Shown: piece after piece, positions 39,131-48,141 of the stretch
Position numbering within the stretch: position 1 is the first letter of the stretch
Layout of the letters: every line of letters starts with the position of its first letter
NCBI GenBank assembly: GCA_963771355.1
Contig: CAVYTA010000006.1
Location: 1,440,001 to 1,504,000 of the forward strand
DNA: 64,000 nucleotides
Reading direction: 5' to 3'
DNA from: an uncultured Candidatus Rokubacteria bacterium
GTDB taxonomy: Bacteria; Methylomirabilota; Methylomirabilia; Rokubacteriales; CSP1-6
The notes under the pieces: model-generated
Told to the model about the DNA's origin: nothing
Database searches by the model: none
The model's input: only the letters and a program-made list of their open reading frames with translations
Made by a program: the position numbers and the translations under genes

Positions 39131-39763
39131 ATGGGACGCGCGCGCCTCTCGCTCGAGGCCTGGAGCACCTTGTGGAGACGGCTGGGCGCGCGGAGCGACC
39201 CGCGCCCGCGGCACGCCGCCGTCCTCGCCCGATATGCGGAGCCCCATCGCGCCTATCATACCGACGAGCACATCGCCCGCACCCTGACCCTGTTCGACGG
39301 AGTCCGTCGGCACCTGCGGCGGCCGGACGAGGCGGAGCTGGCGGTGTGGCTGCACGACCTCGTGTACGATCCACGGGCGGCAGACAACGAGGCACGTAGC
39401 GCAGACCTCGCGGCGGGCTGGCTGGCCGAGGCGGGCGTGGCGGCCGCGCGCGGCGAGCGCGTGCGCGCGCTCATCCTGGCCACGCGGCATACCGCCCCGC
39501 CCGAGGAGCACGACGCGCGCTACGTGGTGGACGCGGATCTCTCCATCCTGGGGGCGGCGCCGTCGGACTTCGACCGCTACGAAGTCCAGGTGCGGGAGGA
39601 GTATCGCTTCCGCTCGGAGGCCGAGTGGCGGGAAGGCCGGGCGCGGCTGCTCCGCGGCTTCCTCGACCATCCACGGCTCTTTCTCACCCCGGAATTTTCC
39701 GTCTTCGAGGGGCCCGCGCGCGCCAATCTCTCCCGCTCCATCGCGCGCCTGGAGGGGGCCTGA
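39131..39763 (+). CDS. HD-domain metal-dependent phosphohydrolase
   Basis: YAEPHRAYH, LHDLVYDP, DADLSILG, VREEY. Confidence 0.88.
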   Translation: MGRARLSLEAWSTLWRRLGARSDPRPRHAAVLARYAEPHRAYHTDEHIARTLTLFDGVRRHLRRPDEAELAVWLHDLVYDPRAADNEARSADLAAGWLAEAGVAAARGERVRALILATRHTAPPEEHDARYVVDADLSILGAAPSDFDRYEVQVREEYRFRSEAEWREGRARLLRGFLDHPRLFLTPEFSVFEGPARANLSRSIARLEGA

Positions 39764-39814
39764 CGGCCGCCATTTGCCTCCGTGATATCCTGATCAGGTG
39801 AGAATTCTTCCGAA

Positions 39815-40573
39815 ATGACGCTCTCCGAATTCGCACTCGGCGGCTTACTCGCTCTCCTTTCCAGCGCCATGCTCTTCAAGATCTGGCGCGTCCAGCAGGC
39901 ACTCTCCCGTATCGACGGGAAACTCTCCCGCTTCCAGCGAGAATCCCAGAACCAGTACTTGCAAGGGGAGGTGCTCAACGGGCTCTACGCGGATCTCGCC
40001 TTCCGGAAGAGCTTGCCTCCCACTCGGGGATTTGCCGCCTCACCGGATTTCCTGCGCGTTCTTGCCCACCACGTGATTCAGGCAAGACCCAAGGACATCC
40101 TCGAATGCGGGAGTGGGGTGTCGACAGTCGTCCTCGCCCGTACCTGCGAGCTGAATGGGAACGGGCGCGTCCATAGCCTCGAGCATCTGGCCGACTTTGC
40201 CGAGCGGACCCGATCCGAGCTAGAGCGCCATGGGCTCGAGAAGTACGGCGAGGTCCTCGATGCGCCCCTCACGCGCCACCAACTAGATGGAGGGGCGTGG
40301 TCCTGGTATGGGCTTCACGCGCTCCCGCCGCTTCAGTTCGATATGCTGGTGATCGACGGCCCCCCCGAGACGACGGGCCCTCTCGCCCGCTATCCGGCGG
40401 GGCCCCTGCTCTTCCCTCGCTTGAAGCCCGGCGCCTCGATCTTCATCGATGACGCGCATCGCCACGACGAGAAGGAGGCGGTGGCCCGCTGGCTTCGTGA
40501 GCGGCCGGATCTCACCTGCACCTGGGTGCCCTCGGAGAAGGGCTGCGCCGTCCTTCGCCAGGCGGGCGCGTGA
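39815..40573 (+). CDS. class I SAM-dependent methyltransferase with N-terminal TM helix
   Basis: LECGSGVST, SLEH, IDGPP, DDAHR. Confidence 0.85.
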   Translation: MTLSEFALGGLLALLSSAMLFKIWRVQQALSRIDGKLSRFQRESQNQYLQGEVLNGLYADLAFRKSLPPTRGFAASPDFLRVLAHHVIQARPKDILECGSGVSTVVLARTCELNGNGRVHSLEHLADFAERTRSELERHGLEKYGEVLDAPLTRHQLDGGAWSWYGLHALPPLQFDMLVIDGPPETTGPLARYPAGPLLFPRLKPGASIFIDDAHRHDEKEAVARWLRERPDLTCTWVPSEKGCAVLRQAGA

Positions 40574-40598
40574 CGCACGGCGCCGCCCGGCGCCGGGC

Positions 40599-41963
40599 CT
40601 AGGCGGGCGGGGAGAGGAGCGTACCCAGGTGCGCGACGTTCTTCACCTCCTCGATGGCCAGCACCGCGGCGACGACCTGACCGGCCCGCTGCGCGCCTAG
40701 CACCGGCGCGGCCAGCGCCTGGAACTTGGCGAGCACCTCCGCCTCGGGCACCGGATTGTCCGCGTCGCCACGCACCACGCCTGTCTCGCCCTCGAGCACC
40801 CGCCCATCGCGCAGCGAGAGGCGCAGGCGTGAGGTCGGGTAGTCGGAGCGGCGCGGCGTCATCTCCCCGTCCGTCGTGACCGTCACCCGGCGGGCCAGAT
40901 CGCGGATGCGGATGTCGGCTCGCGCCTCGTCGGTGAAGGCGGCGAGGTCGCCGTGGCCGAGCACCAGCGCGGCCGCCACCGCCCAGGGAATGGAGAACTT
41001 GGCGGCCAGCAGGTTGGCGGGATCCGGCGCGGCCATCCGGAGCCCGAACGGGAAGACCACCACCTCGGCAGCGGCCACCTCGGCGGCAGCAACCGGCTCG
41101 CGTCGCCGGATGGCGGCGAGCGCGTCCAGCGCGGGGTGGTTGTACCGGCAGCAGGCGTAGAGCTTGAAGTAGTTCCGCTCGATGCGGAGCGGCCCGCCCC
41201 AGTCCTCGAGCGCGCGGGCAGGCTCGAACTGGTCGGCCAGGATGGTCCCGTAGACGTCGGCGGGCGCGTCGGCGAGTCCGGTGAAGCCGGCGCGGTGCAG
41301 CTCCACGGCGACGATCCCCTGCAGGCCCGAGCGTCCCGGATAGGCATTGCGTACGGTGGCGCCCTCGAGCGCGGGCGTCCAGGTATTGGCCGGGCTCATG
41401 CTCGCGGCGAGGTTGATGATCTCGCGCATCGCGCGCGCGTCCTGGCCGGCGAGGCGCGCCACCGCCACCGCGGTCCCGATGGTCCCCCACGTTCCGTGGG
41501 AATGCACGTTGGGGCGCGGCACGGTGGCGCCGCCGATGCGCGAGGACACCTCGTAGCCCGCGACGAGCGCCTCGAGGAGACGCGCCCCGTCGGCACCGCG
41601 CTCCTCGGCGACCGCGAGGGCGCCGGGCACCACGTGAATGGCGGGATGTCCCCCGCCCCAGCGATTGCCCTCGTCCACCTCGAGCGCGACGCCGGCGGTG
41701 GCATTGACGAGCGTGGCCAGCAGCGGGTCGGCCTTGGCGGCGTGCCCGATGAGCGTGGCGGCCGGCCGCGAGGCCCGCTCGGCCATGGCGCGGGCCAGCC
41801 GCGCGTTCTCGGGCTGCGCGCTGCCCGCCAGCATGGCGCCGAGCGTGTCGAGGAGCACCAGCCGGGCGGCGGCGGTGGCGGGCTCGCCCAGGCGCGCGAG
41901 GGACACGTCGGCCGCGAAGTCGGCGAGCGTATCCAGATAGTGCATGCGCGCGGGCGTGCTCAC
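40599..41963 (-). CDS. MmgE/PrpD family protein
   Basis: LLDTLG, GHP...PGALA, KLYACCRYNH, AKFSIPW. Confidence 0.9.
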   Translation of the reverse strand: MSTPARMHYLDTLADFAADVSLARLGEPATAAARLVLLDTLGAMLAGSAQPENARLARAMAERASRPAATLIGHAAKADPLLATLVNATAGVALEVDEGNRWGGGHPAIHVVPGALAVAEERGADGARLLEALVAGYEVSSRIGGATVPRPNVHSHGTWGTIGTAVAVARLAGQDARAMREIINLAASMSPANTWTPALEGATVRNAYPGRSGLQGIVAVELHRAGFTGLADAPADVYGTILADQFEPARALEDWGGPLRIERNYFKLYACCRYNHPALDALAAIRRREPVAAAEVAAAEVVVFPFGLRMAAPDPANLLAAKFSIPWAVAAALVLGHGDLAAFTDEARADIRIRDLARRVTVTTDGEMTPRRSDYPTSRLRLSLRDGRVLEGETGVVRGDADNPVPEAEVLAKFQALAAPVLGAQRAGQVVAAVLAIEEVKNVAHLGTLLSPPA

Positions 41964-43375
41964 CGGACCGCGCCGCCGAGCGGCGCCATCGGCCCGCCCC
42001 GGCGGATGAACTGACCGTAGCCGGGCCGCCGCTCGAGACGGCCTCGATCCAGCAGCACCTCGCCGCGCAGCAGCGTCATCCACGGCCGGCCGCGCGCCTT
42101 CCAGCCCTCGTAGAGCGTCCAGCCGGCGATGCCCTTGTGATCGTTCACCGTGATGGTGGACTCGGGCTCCGGATCGATGATGGTGAGATCGGCGTCGGCG
42201 CCCACGCGGATGGCCCCCTTGCGCGGGTAGAGGCCGAAGATGCGCGCGGGGTTCTCCGCGAGCACGCGCGCCATCCACGTGAGCGGCAGGCCCCGCCGCA
42301 CCACGCCCTCGCTGTAGGCCAGCGGTACCAGGGTCTCCACCGACGGGCTCCCGAAGGGGACCGGCTTCCCCTCTCCGTCGACGAAGATGTTCTTCCAGCC
42401 CGGCTCCTTCAGCGCCTTGCGCCGCGGCGAGTGATCGCTGGCCAGGGTGGCGATGTGACCGCCCGCCGAGCCCGCCCAGAGCGCCTCGCCATCGCCCCCG
42501 TCGGCGGGCCGCAGCGGCGGCCCGATCTTGGCCAGGGGCCCCCACCTCTCCATCTCCTTCTCGGTGAGGAGGAGGTACTGCGGGCAGGTCTCCGTCCACA
42601 CGCGCTGGCCCTCGGCCTGCGCCTCCTTGATGCGCCGGAGCCCACCCGCGGTGGACAGATGCACCACGTACACCGGGCAGCCCGTCATCGCGCCGATGCG
42701 GATGGCCCGGTTGATCGCCTCTTCCTCCGTCCAGGGCGGACAGGTGGCCGGGAAGTCGGTGGGCTTGACGCGGCCGGCGGCGATGGCCTTGTTCTCGAGG
42801 TGATAGAGGATGTCGCCGTTCTCGCAGTGCAGCTGGCAGACGCCGCCCAGCGCGGTCAGCTTCTCCATGACCTGGGCGATGAAGTCGTCCGTGCACATCC
42901 GCTTCGGCCGTTTCTTGTACGTCATGAAGATCTTGAACGAGGTCACGCCCATCTCGAAGGCCTCGGGCATCCCCTCGAGGATGTGGGGCTCGTTGTTGAC
43001 GATGAAGTGGAAGCCGAAGTCGAGCACCGAGGCCTGGCTGGCCTCGTCCGCGATCCGCTTGGTGGCCTGCGGCAGGGTCTCCCCGTCGTTGTATTCGGCA
43101 AAGGCGATGAGGGTGGTGAGCCCGGCATGGGCCGCCGCCAGCGGGCCCGTGCTCCAGTCGTCGTACACCGCGCCCAGGTGCACGTGACAGTCGATGAGGC
43201 CGGGGAGCACGATCTTGCCGGTGGCGTCGATGGTGCGGTCCGCGGGCGGCAGCGCCTCGTCGTGGCCCAGCGCGACGATGCGGCCGCCGCGGATGGCGAC
43301 CGAGGTATCGAGCACCTCGGTGGCGGTGACGACACGGCCGCCGCGGACTATGGTGTCGACCTTGGCGGCGGCCAT
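41960..43375 (-). CDS. dihydropyrimidinase/hydantoinase-like cyclic amidohydrolase
   Basis: PGLIDCHVH, SFKIFMTY, HCEN, VHLS, ETCPQYL, SDH, NPARIFGLYPRKG. Confidence 0.9.
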   Translation of the reverse strand: MAAAKVDTIVRGGRVVTATEVLDTSVAIRGGRIVALGHDEALPPADRTIDATGKIVLPGLIDCHVHLGAVYDDWSTGPLAAAHAGLTTLIAFAEYNDGETLPQATKRIADEASQASVLDFGFHFIVNNEPHILEGMPEAFEMGVTSFKIFMTYKKRPKRMCTDDFIAQVMEKLTALGGVCQLHCENGDILYHLENKAIAAGRVKPTDFPATCPPWTEEEAINRAIRIGAMTGCPVYVVHLSTAGGLRRIKEAQAEGQRVWTETCPQYLLLTEKEMERWGPLAKIGPPLRPADGGDGEALWAGSAGGHIATLASDHSPRRKALKEPGWKNIFVDGEGKPVPFGSPSVETLVPLAYSEGVVRRGLPLTWMARVLAENPARIFGLYPRKGAIRVGADADLTIIDPEPESTITVNDHKGIAGWTLYEGWKARGRPWMTLLRGEVLLDRGRLERRPGYGQFIRRGGPMAPLGGAVR

Positions 43376-44259
43376 CACGCGTCCCGGTCCGCGGGCCGGA
43401 CGGGCTCGGTGATGAGACCGTAGTGCTCCGGGTGCCGCCGGCCGAAGAAGTTCCACCGCTGACGCGCGGGCGTCATCAGGTCGAGGTCGATACGCGCGGC
43501 GATCAGCTCGTCGCCGGTGCCGCCCGCCTTGGCCAGCACCTGGCCGAGCGGGCTCACGATGCAGGATCCGCCGATCAGCTCCATGCCGTCCTCGATTCCC
43601 GCCTTCGCGATGCCCACCACGAAGAGGCTGTTCTGGTACGCGCCCGCGCGCAGGCAGAGCTCGTTGAGATCCAGCGCCAGCGCGGAGAGCGGGGTGTTAT
43701 AGCCGATGAGGACGATCTCCGCGCCCTGGAGCCCCAGGCAGCGGTAGGACTCCGGATAGCGCCGGTCCTGACAGATGGCGATTCCAACCTGCGCCTTGGC
43801 GGTGGGAAAGACCTGGTAGCCCGTATTCCCCGTCTCGAAGAAGTAGGGCTCGTACACCTGCGCATGGCCGTCGGGCTTGCGGACCCCCGGAAGATGAATC
43901 TTTCTGAAGGTCCCCGCCAGCCGCCCCGCCTCATCGGTGAGGAGCGCGGTATTGAAGTAGCGTCCCTCCGCCTTCTCGGAAAAGCCCACGTGGCAGGCCA
44001 TCCGGGCCGCCTTGGCCCGCTCGAGCAGCGGCAGGAGCGCCTTGGGTGGCACCTCGGTCTCGAAGAACTGGTCGTAGTCGTCGCGGACACGCTTGGGGAA
44101 ATAGGTGGTGAGCGCCATTTCCGGATAGGCGATGAGCTCGACATCCTCCCGGACGGCCTGCTCCATGAGGGCGAGCATTCGCTCGACGATCTCTTCGCGG
44201 CTCGTCCCCTCGTTGTTGGGGCCCATCTGGGCGGCGGCGACCTTGACGAAGCGTGGCAT
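43375..44259 (-). CDS. N-carbamoyl-D-amino acid amidohydrolase (nitrilase superfamily)
   Basis: Glu-Lys-Cys triad: YPEMALT, RKIHLPG, ICQDRR; LIGYNTP. Confidence 0.88.
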   Translation of the reverse strand: MPRFVKVAAAQMGPNNEGTSREEIVERMLALMEQAVREDVELIAYPEMALTTYFPKRVRDDYDQFFETEVPPKALLPLLERAKAARMACHVGFSEKAEGRYFNTALLTDEAGRLAGTFRKIHLPGVRKPDGHAQVYEPYFFETGNTGYQVFPTAKAQVGIAICQDRRYPESYRCLGLQGAEIVLIGYNTPLSALALDLNELCLRAGAYQNSLFVVGIAKAGIEDGMELIGGSCIVSPLGQVLAKAGGTGDELIAARIDLDLMTPARQRWNFFGRRHPEHYGLITEPVRPADRDA

Positions 44260-44357
44260 GGCGATCTCCTCTCGGCGCGGAAGCTCCGCGGCTCCAGCCC
44301 CTCATACCGCAGCCGGGGCCAATGGGCAAGTGCCGGGGCCGGTGGATGCGGTGAGCG

Positions 44358-45059
44358 TCAGGGGGAACGCCGCGAGGGAATGCGTGCCGGCCAGAAGATG
44401 TCCACGTCAACGCCCGGGGAATAGTGGCACAGCGGCGGCTCCTCGGGGGCGGCGAGGCCGGCGGCGCTCACGAGCGATTCGGTCAAGCTGTCGACGCGGG
44501 CATGGTGGAGCGGGTACGGGCGGTGCCGGACCCGCGCCCGATGGATTCGGCCCCACCGAGCGACGTAGAGGCTATATCGCTCGATCAGGAAGTGATCGCG
44601 GGTGCCGGAGGCGGCGAGACCGATCGGCTCGCCGGCAGTCCAGGTGACCAGGAGCTGGGCCGGTCTCCCCCGGCGGCGGCGGGAGGCGTAGTCGACGCGC
44701 GCGCCCTCCTTCCGCATGGACATGGTCGCCGGAAAGTACGGCAATCCATACAAGAGCCTGGCCCCCAGCACCGCGACCAGAGAGGACGCGTCCAGCGACC
44801 AGAAGTAGATCCCGGGCTCGCCGTCCGGACCCCGGACATAGGTTCTGAGATTCGTCTCGAGCAGACGCGCCGCGAGGAGGGGCGGCCAGCCCACCGGACG
44901 GGACTCGGCGATCAGAAACGGGATCAGCGTGATCCAGGCCTGACCCGCGAACAGGTCGAGGTCGAGACCAGCCGGCACCAGCCGCCTGATCGCGCCGGGA
45001 GGTACGGGCCAGTGCAGGAACAGGAGGTCGCGCCAGCGCTGATACCCGACCGGTCTCAG
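44358..45059 (-). CDS. YqjF/DUF2071 family protein (possible CTG start)
   Basis: QRWRDLLFLHWPV, ETNLRTYV, PGIYFWSLDA, FLIERY. Confidence 0.85.
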   Translation of the reverse strand: MRPVGYQRWRDLLFLHWPVPPGAIRRLVPAGLDLDLFAGQAWITLIPFLIAESRPVGWPPLLAARLLETNLRTYVRGPDGEPGIYFWSLDASSLVAVLGARLLYGLPYFPATMSMRKEGARVDYASRRRRGRPAQLLVTWTAGEPIGLAASGTRDHFLIERYSLYVARWGRIHRARVRHRPYPLHHARVDSLTESLVSAAGLAAPEEPPLCHYSPGVDVDIFWPARIPSRRSP

Positions 45060-45436
45060 CTTCCCGTCTCGCGCACCGTCATGACCTCGAGCAAGTGGCC
45101 GCTGGGATCCTCGAAGTAGAAGCCACGCCCGCCCCGGCGCGTATTGATCCGGCGGTTGGTGTGGCGGTCGGGCTCGCTGCCGTACGGGATCCCCTTCGCC
45201 TTCACGCGGTCGAAGATGGCGTCGAACTCCCGGTCGCTGACGTGGAAGGCGTAGTGGAGGCCCTGGAACGGATCCGACTCATCGGCGAAATCGAACGTGA
45301 GGCTCTCGTTCACCCGCACCTGCGCGAAGTAGCCGGAGCCGGGCGTCACCGTCAGGCCGAGCATCTCGGCGAAGAAGCGCGCCGAGGCGACTTTGTCTTT
45401 CGCGGGCACGATGGTGTGATCCAGGCGAATGGTCAT
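45056..45436 (-). CDS. VOC/glyoxalase family protein
   Basis: LDHTIV, HYAFHV, GRGFYFEDPSGHLLE. Confidence 0.9.
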   Translation of the reverse strand: MTIRLDHTIVPAKDKVASARFFAEMLGLTVTPGSGYFAQVRVNESLTFDFADESDPFQGLHYAFHVSDREFDAIFDRVKAKGIPYGSEPDRHTNRRINTRRGGRGFYFEDPSGHLLEVMTVRETGS

Positions 45437-45612
45437 GGCTCACCTCCACGATTGGGATGCCCGGCCGGTGGCTGATGGATTCAACCCCGCAAGACGGCGG
45501 CGCGTCGGGGCGCGGGTGCGGTCGCGCCTCGAGCCTCTGCTTCCTCCAGGCCGGACTCGTCCGAGTGGGGTCAGGAGCGCGCTACAATGCGTGTATCCGA
45601 AGCCACGCGAGG

Positions 45613-46440
45613 GTGACCACGAGCTCCAACGCCCCGCCGCCCAACCCGGTCAGTCGGAAGATCCACGCCGAGCGAATCCTCCTCCTCGGGTGGGGACGCG
45701 CGCTCCTGCTGCAGTTCGCCCACCCGCTCGTCGCCCAGGGCATCGCCGAGCACAGCGGCTTCCTCCGCCACCGGCGCGGCCGCTGGAGTCGCCTCCGGCG
45801 GACCCTGGACGCGATGCTGGTCCTGACCTTCGGCACGCCCGACGAGGCGGCCGGCGTCGCGCGCGGGATCAACGCCATCCATGATCGGGTGCACGGGCCG
45901 ATCGCCTTTCCGCTCGCGGCGGACTCCGCACCCGCATATTCCGCCCATGACCCCGAGCTGCTCCGCTGGGTCCACGCCACGCTCGTGGATAGTTTCATCC
46001 TCACCTACGAGCTCTACGTGGCGCCCCTGACGCCGGACGAGAAGGAGCAGTACTGCGCCGAGTCGGCAGGCATCGAACCGCTTCTCGGGATCCCGCCGGG
46101 CTTCCTGCCCCGGAGCATGGGGGCGCTCGAGTGTTACATGCAGTCCATGCTCGCCGGGCCGGACCTCGTGGTGAGCGACTTCGCCCGCCGTCTCGCCCGT
46201 GAGCTACTCACGCCGGTTCCGCGGATCGCGCTCCCCCTCATGGCGCTCGCGCGGCTCCCGACCGTCGGCCTACTCCCCGCGGGACTTCGCGACGAGTACG
46301 GCCTGGCGTGGTCGACTCGGCACGAGGCCGCGCTGGGCGCATCCGCGCGGGTAATACGGATGCTGCTTCGCGTCATGCCGCGTCCGATCCGCCATTGGCG
46401 GGTGAGTCGTTTCGTTCGGCCATGGGGAGGAATGGCCTAG
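45613..46440 (+). CDS. oxygenase MpaB / DUF2236 family protein
   Basis: ALLLQFAHP, INAIHDRVHG, YSAHDPELLRWVHATL. Confidence 0.85.
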   Translation: MTTSSNAPPPNPVSRKIHAERILLLGWGRALLLQFAHPLVAQGIAEHSGFLRHRRGRWSRLRRTLDAMLVLTFGTPDEAAGVARGINAIHDRVHGPIAFPLAADSAPAYSAHDPELLRWVHATLVDSFILTYELYVAPLTPDEKEQYCAESAGIEPLLGIPPGFLPRSMGALECYMQSMLAGPDLVVSDFARRLARELLTPVPRIALPLMALARLPTVGLLPAGLRDEYGLAWSTRHEAALGASARVIRMLLRVMPRPIRHWRVSRFVRPWGGMA

Positions 46441-46555
46441 GAAAGCTTACGTAGTGCCTCAGCTCGTCGACAGTATCAGCAGTACATTCAAGGTCTTACA
46501 TCAGCTCGTTGATCGGTGCGATGCTTGCAAGTCCGACGTTCCTTAGGAGGGGCGC

Positions 46556-46762
46556 ATGGACCTGCTCGATGAGATTGGCGATCTGGTAACTCGGGCCGGG
46601 GGCATCTTCAACGGGATCTGGGAGACCCCTGGCGGGCGCTTCGCCACCGTGACCGACCCAAGCACCCTCTCCACCGCGTTGACGCCGGTGGCGGGAATCT
46701 CGCTCTCGTCTATCCAGACGACTCTCGACCGCGTGCGCCGGAGCTTCGAACCGGCGCCGTAG
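46556..46762 (+). CDS. small hypothetical protein
   Basis: AGGAGG RBS; 68-aa ORF. Confidence 0.55.
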   Translation: MDLLDEIGDLVTRAGGIFNGIWETPGGRFATVTDPSTLSTALTPVAGISLSSIQTTLDRVRRSFEPAP

Positions 46763-46788
46763 CTCAGGCCGTCGACCGAGCAGAGATA

Positions 46789-46818
46789 AAGGGGCTACGG
46801 GGTGACCCGTAGCCCCTT
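46789..46818 (-). terminator. intrinsic terminator-like hairpin following the displaced tRNA 3' fragment
   Basis: 13-bp stem aaggggctacggg / cccgtagcccctt, then TTTAT on the minus strand. Confidence 0.7.
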
Positions 46819-46821
46819 CTC

Positions 46822-46839
46822 ATTGGAGCGGCCGACCGG
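46822..46839 (-). repeat. att-like direct repeat: duplicate of the tRNA-Gly 3' end
   Basis: attggagcggccgaccgg is identical to 61923-61940. Confidence 0.88.
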
Positions 46840-46872
46840 TATGGCGCCAAATGGCACGTGGCGCAATGGCCG

Positions 46873-48135
46873 CTAGGGGTGGAGGAGCCCGTCCCCGCCG
46901 GCCGGCCGGGACGCCATGTGGCCCAGCTCGATCGGGATGGCGGCCTTGGCGAGTACGGTGAAGACAAAGGCGCCCAGCGCCCACAGTCCCGCGCTCACCG
47001 TGATCTCCACCCAGCTCGGCACGTAGCGCGGGATCTTGCCCCACGGCTCGGGGACGAAGCCGGGGACGATGGTGCCGACGCTCTTCTCGATCAGGATGCC
47101 GATGAAGAGCATCGCGCAGAGCACATAGAGGAGGGGCGGGGTGTGGCGCACGCGGTGCACGCTCAGGAGCGCCGTCGCCGCCACGATGAGGCCCACGGAC
47201 GTCCAGGCCCAGGGGACGAGATCGCGCTGGCCGTGGAGGCCGAAGTAGAGGTACACCGCGCTCTCGCTGTGGTGCGTGGTCCGGTAGAACTCGGTGAAGA
47301 GCTCCGACACCAGGATCACCAGGCACACCTGGGCCGCCACCGTGGCGATCAGCGCGAGCTTCTGGAGCGTGGCGTCCGGCACGTGATAGGGCGTGTTCCG
47401 CCGGATCACGGCCAGGATGATGATCATCAGCGCGGGCCCCGCCGCGAAGGCGGTGGCGAGGAAGCGCGGCCCGAGCAGCGCCGTGTGCCAGTACGGGCGC
47501 GCGGGCAGGCCGGCGTAGAGGAACGACGTCACCAGGTGCACACTCACCGCCCACAGGATGGAGAGGAACACCGCGGGCACGTAGTAGCGAGGGTTGGGCT
47601 CGCGGCCGCGGTAGTGGCTGTAGAGGATGTAGAACGGGATGGCGAGGTTCAGGGCCAGATAGCCGTTGAGCACGAGGATGTCCCACGCCAGCATCGAGCG
47701 GGGCCAGTTGAAGATGCCGATGACGGGGGTGAGATGCCAGAGGCGCGCCGGCCCGCCCACGTCCACCACCACGAAGCCGATGGCGGTGACGAGCGCGGCC
47801 ACCGCAAGGCCCTCGCCGAAGAGCACCGCGCTCTTGAAGTCCTGGTCGTGGAGCACGTAGGTCGGCATCACGAGGATGACGGCGGCGGCGGCCATGCCCA
47901 CCAGGAAGGTGAAGCACGAGATGTAGAGGCCCCAGCTCACGTGGTCGTGCATGCCGGTGGCGGCGAGGCCTTCACGGAGCTGAATGGAGTACGCGAAGGC
48001 CGCGCAGAGCATCACCAGCGTGAGCAGCGCCATCCACACGTGGTAGAGGGCGTGGCCGCGCGTGACTTCGCGGAGGGCATCCAGCAGGAAGCCGACCAGG
48101 GTGGCGCGAGGCGGGGGAGCCGTGGCCGTGCTCAT
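46873..48135 (-). CDS. NrfD/PsrC-type membrane quinol dehydrogenase subunit
   Basis: VSWGLYISCFTFLVGMAAA, DVGGPARLWH, SMLAWD, multiple TM helices. Confidence 0.9.
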   Translation of the reverse strand: MSTATAPPPRATLVGFLLDALREVTRGHALYHVWMALLTLVMLCAAFAYSIQLREGLAATGMHDHVSWGLYISCFTFLVGMAAAAVILVMPTYVLHDQDFKSAVLFGEGLAVAALVTAIGFVVVDVGGPARLWHLTPVIGIFNWPRSMLAWDILVLNGYLALNLAIPFYILYSHYRGREPNPRYYVPAVFLSILWAVSVHLVTSFLYAGLPARPYWHTALLGPRFLATAFAAGPALMIIILAVIRRNTPYHVPDATLQKLALIATVAAQVCLVILVSELFTEFYRTTHHSESAVYLYFGLHGQRDLVPWAWTSVGLIVAATALLSVHRVRHTPPLLYVLCAMLFIGILIEKSVGTIVPGFVPEPWGKIPRYVPSWVEITVSAGLWALGAFVFTVLAKAAIPIELGHMASRPAGGDGLLHP

Positions 48136-48141
48136 GCCGCG

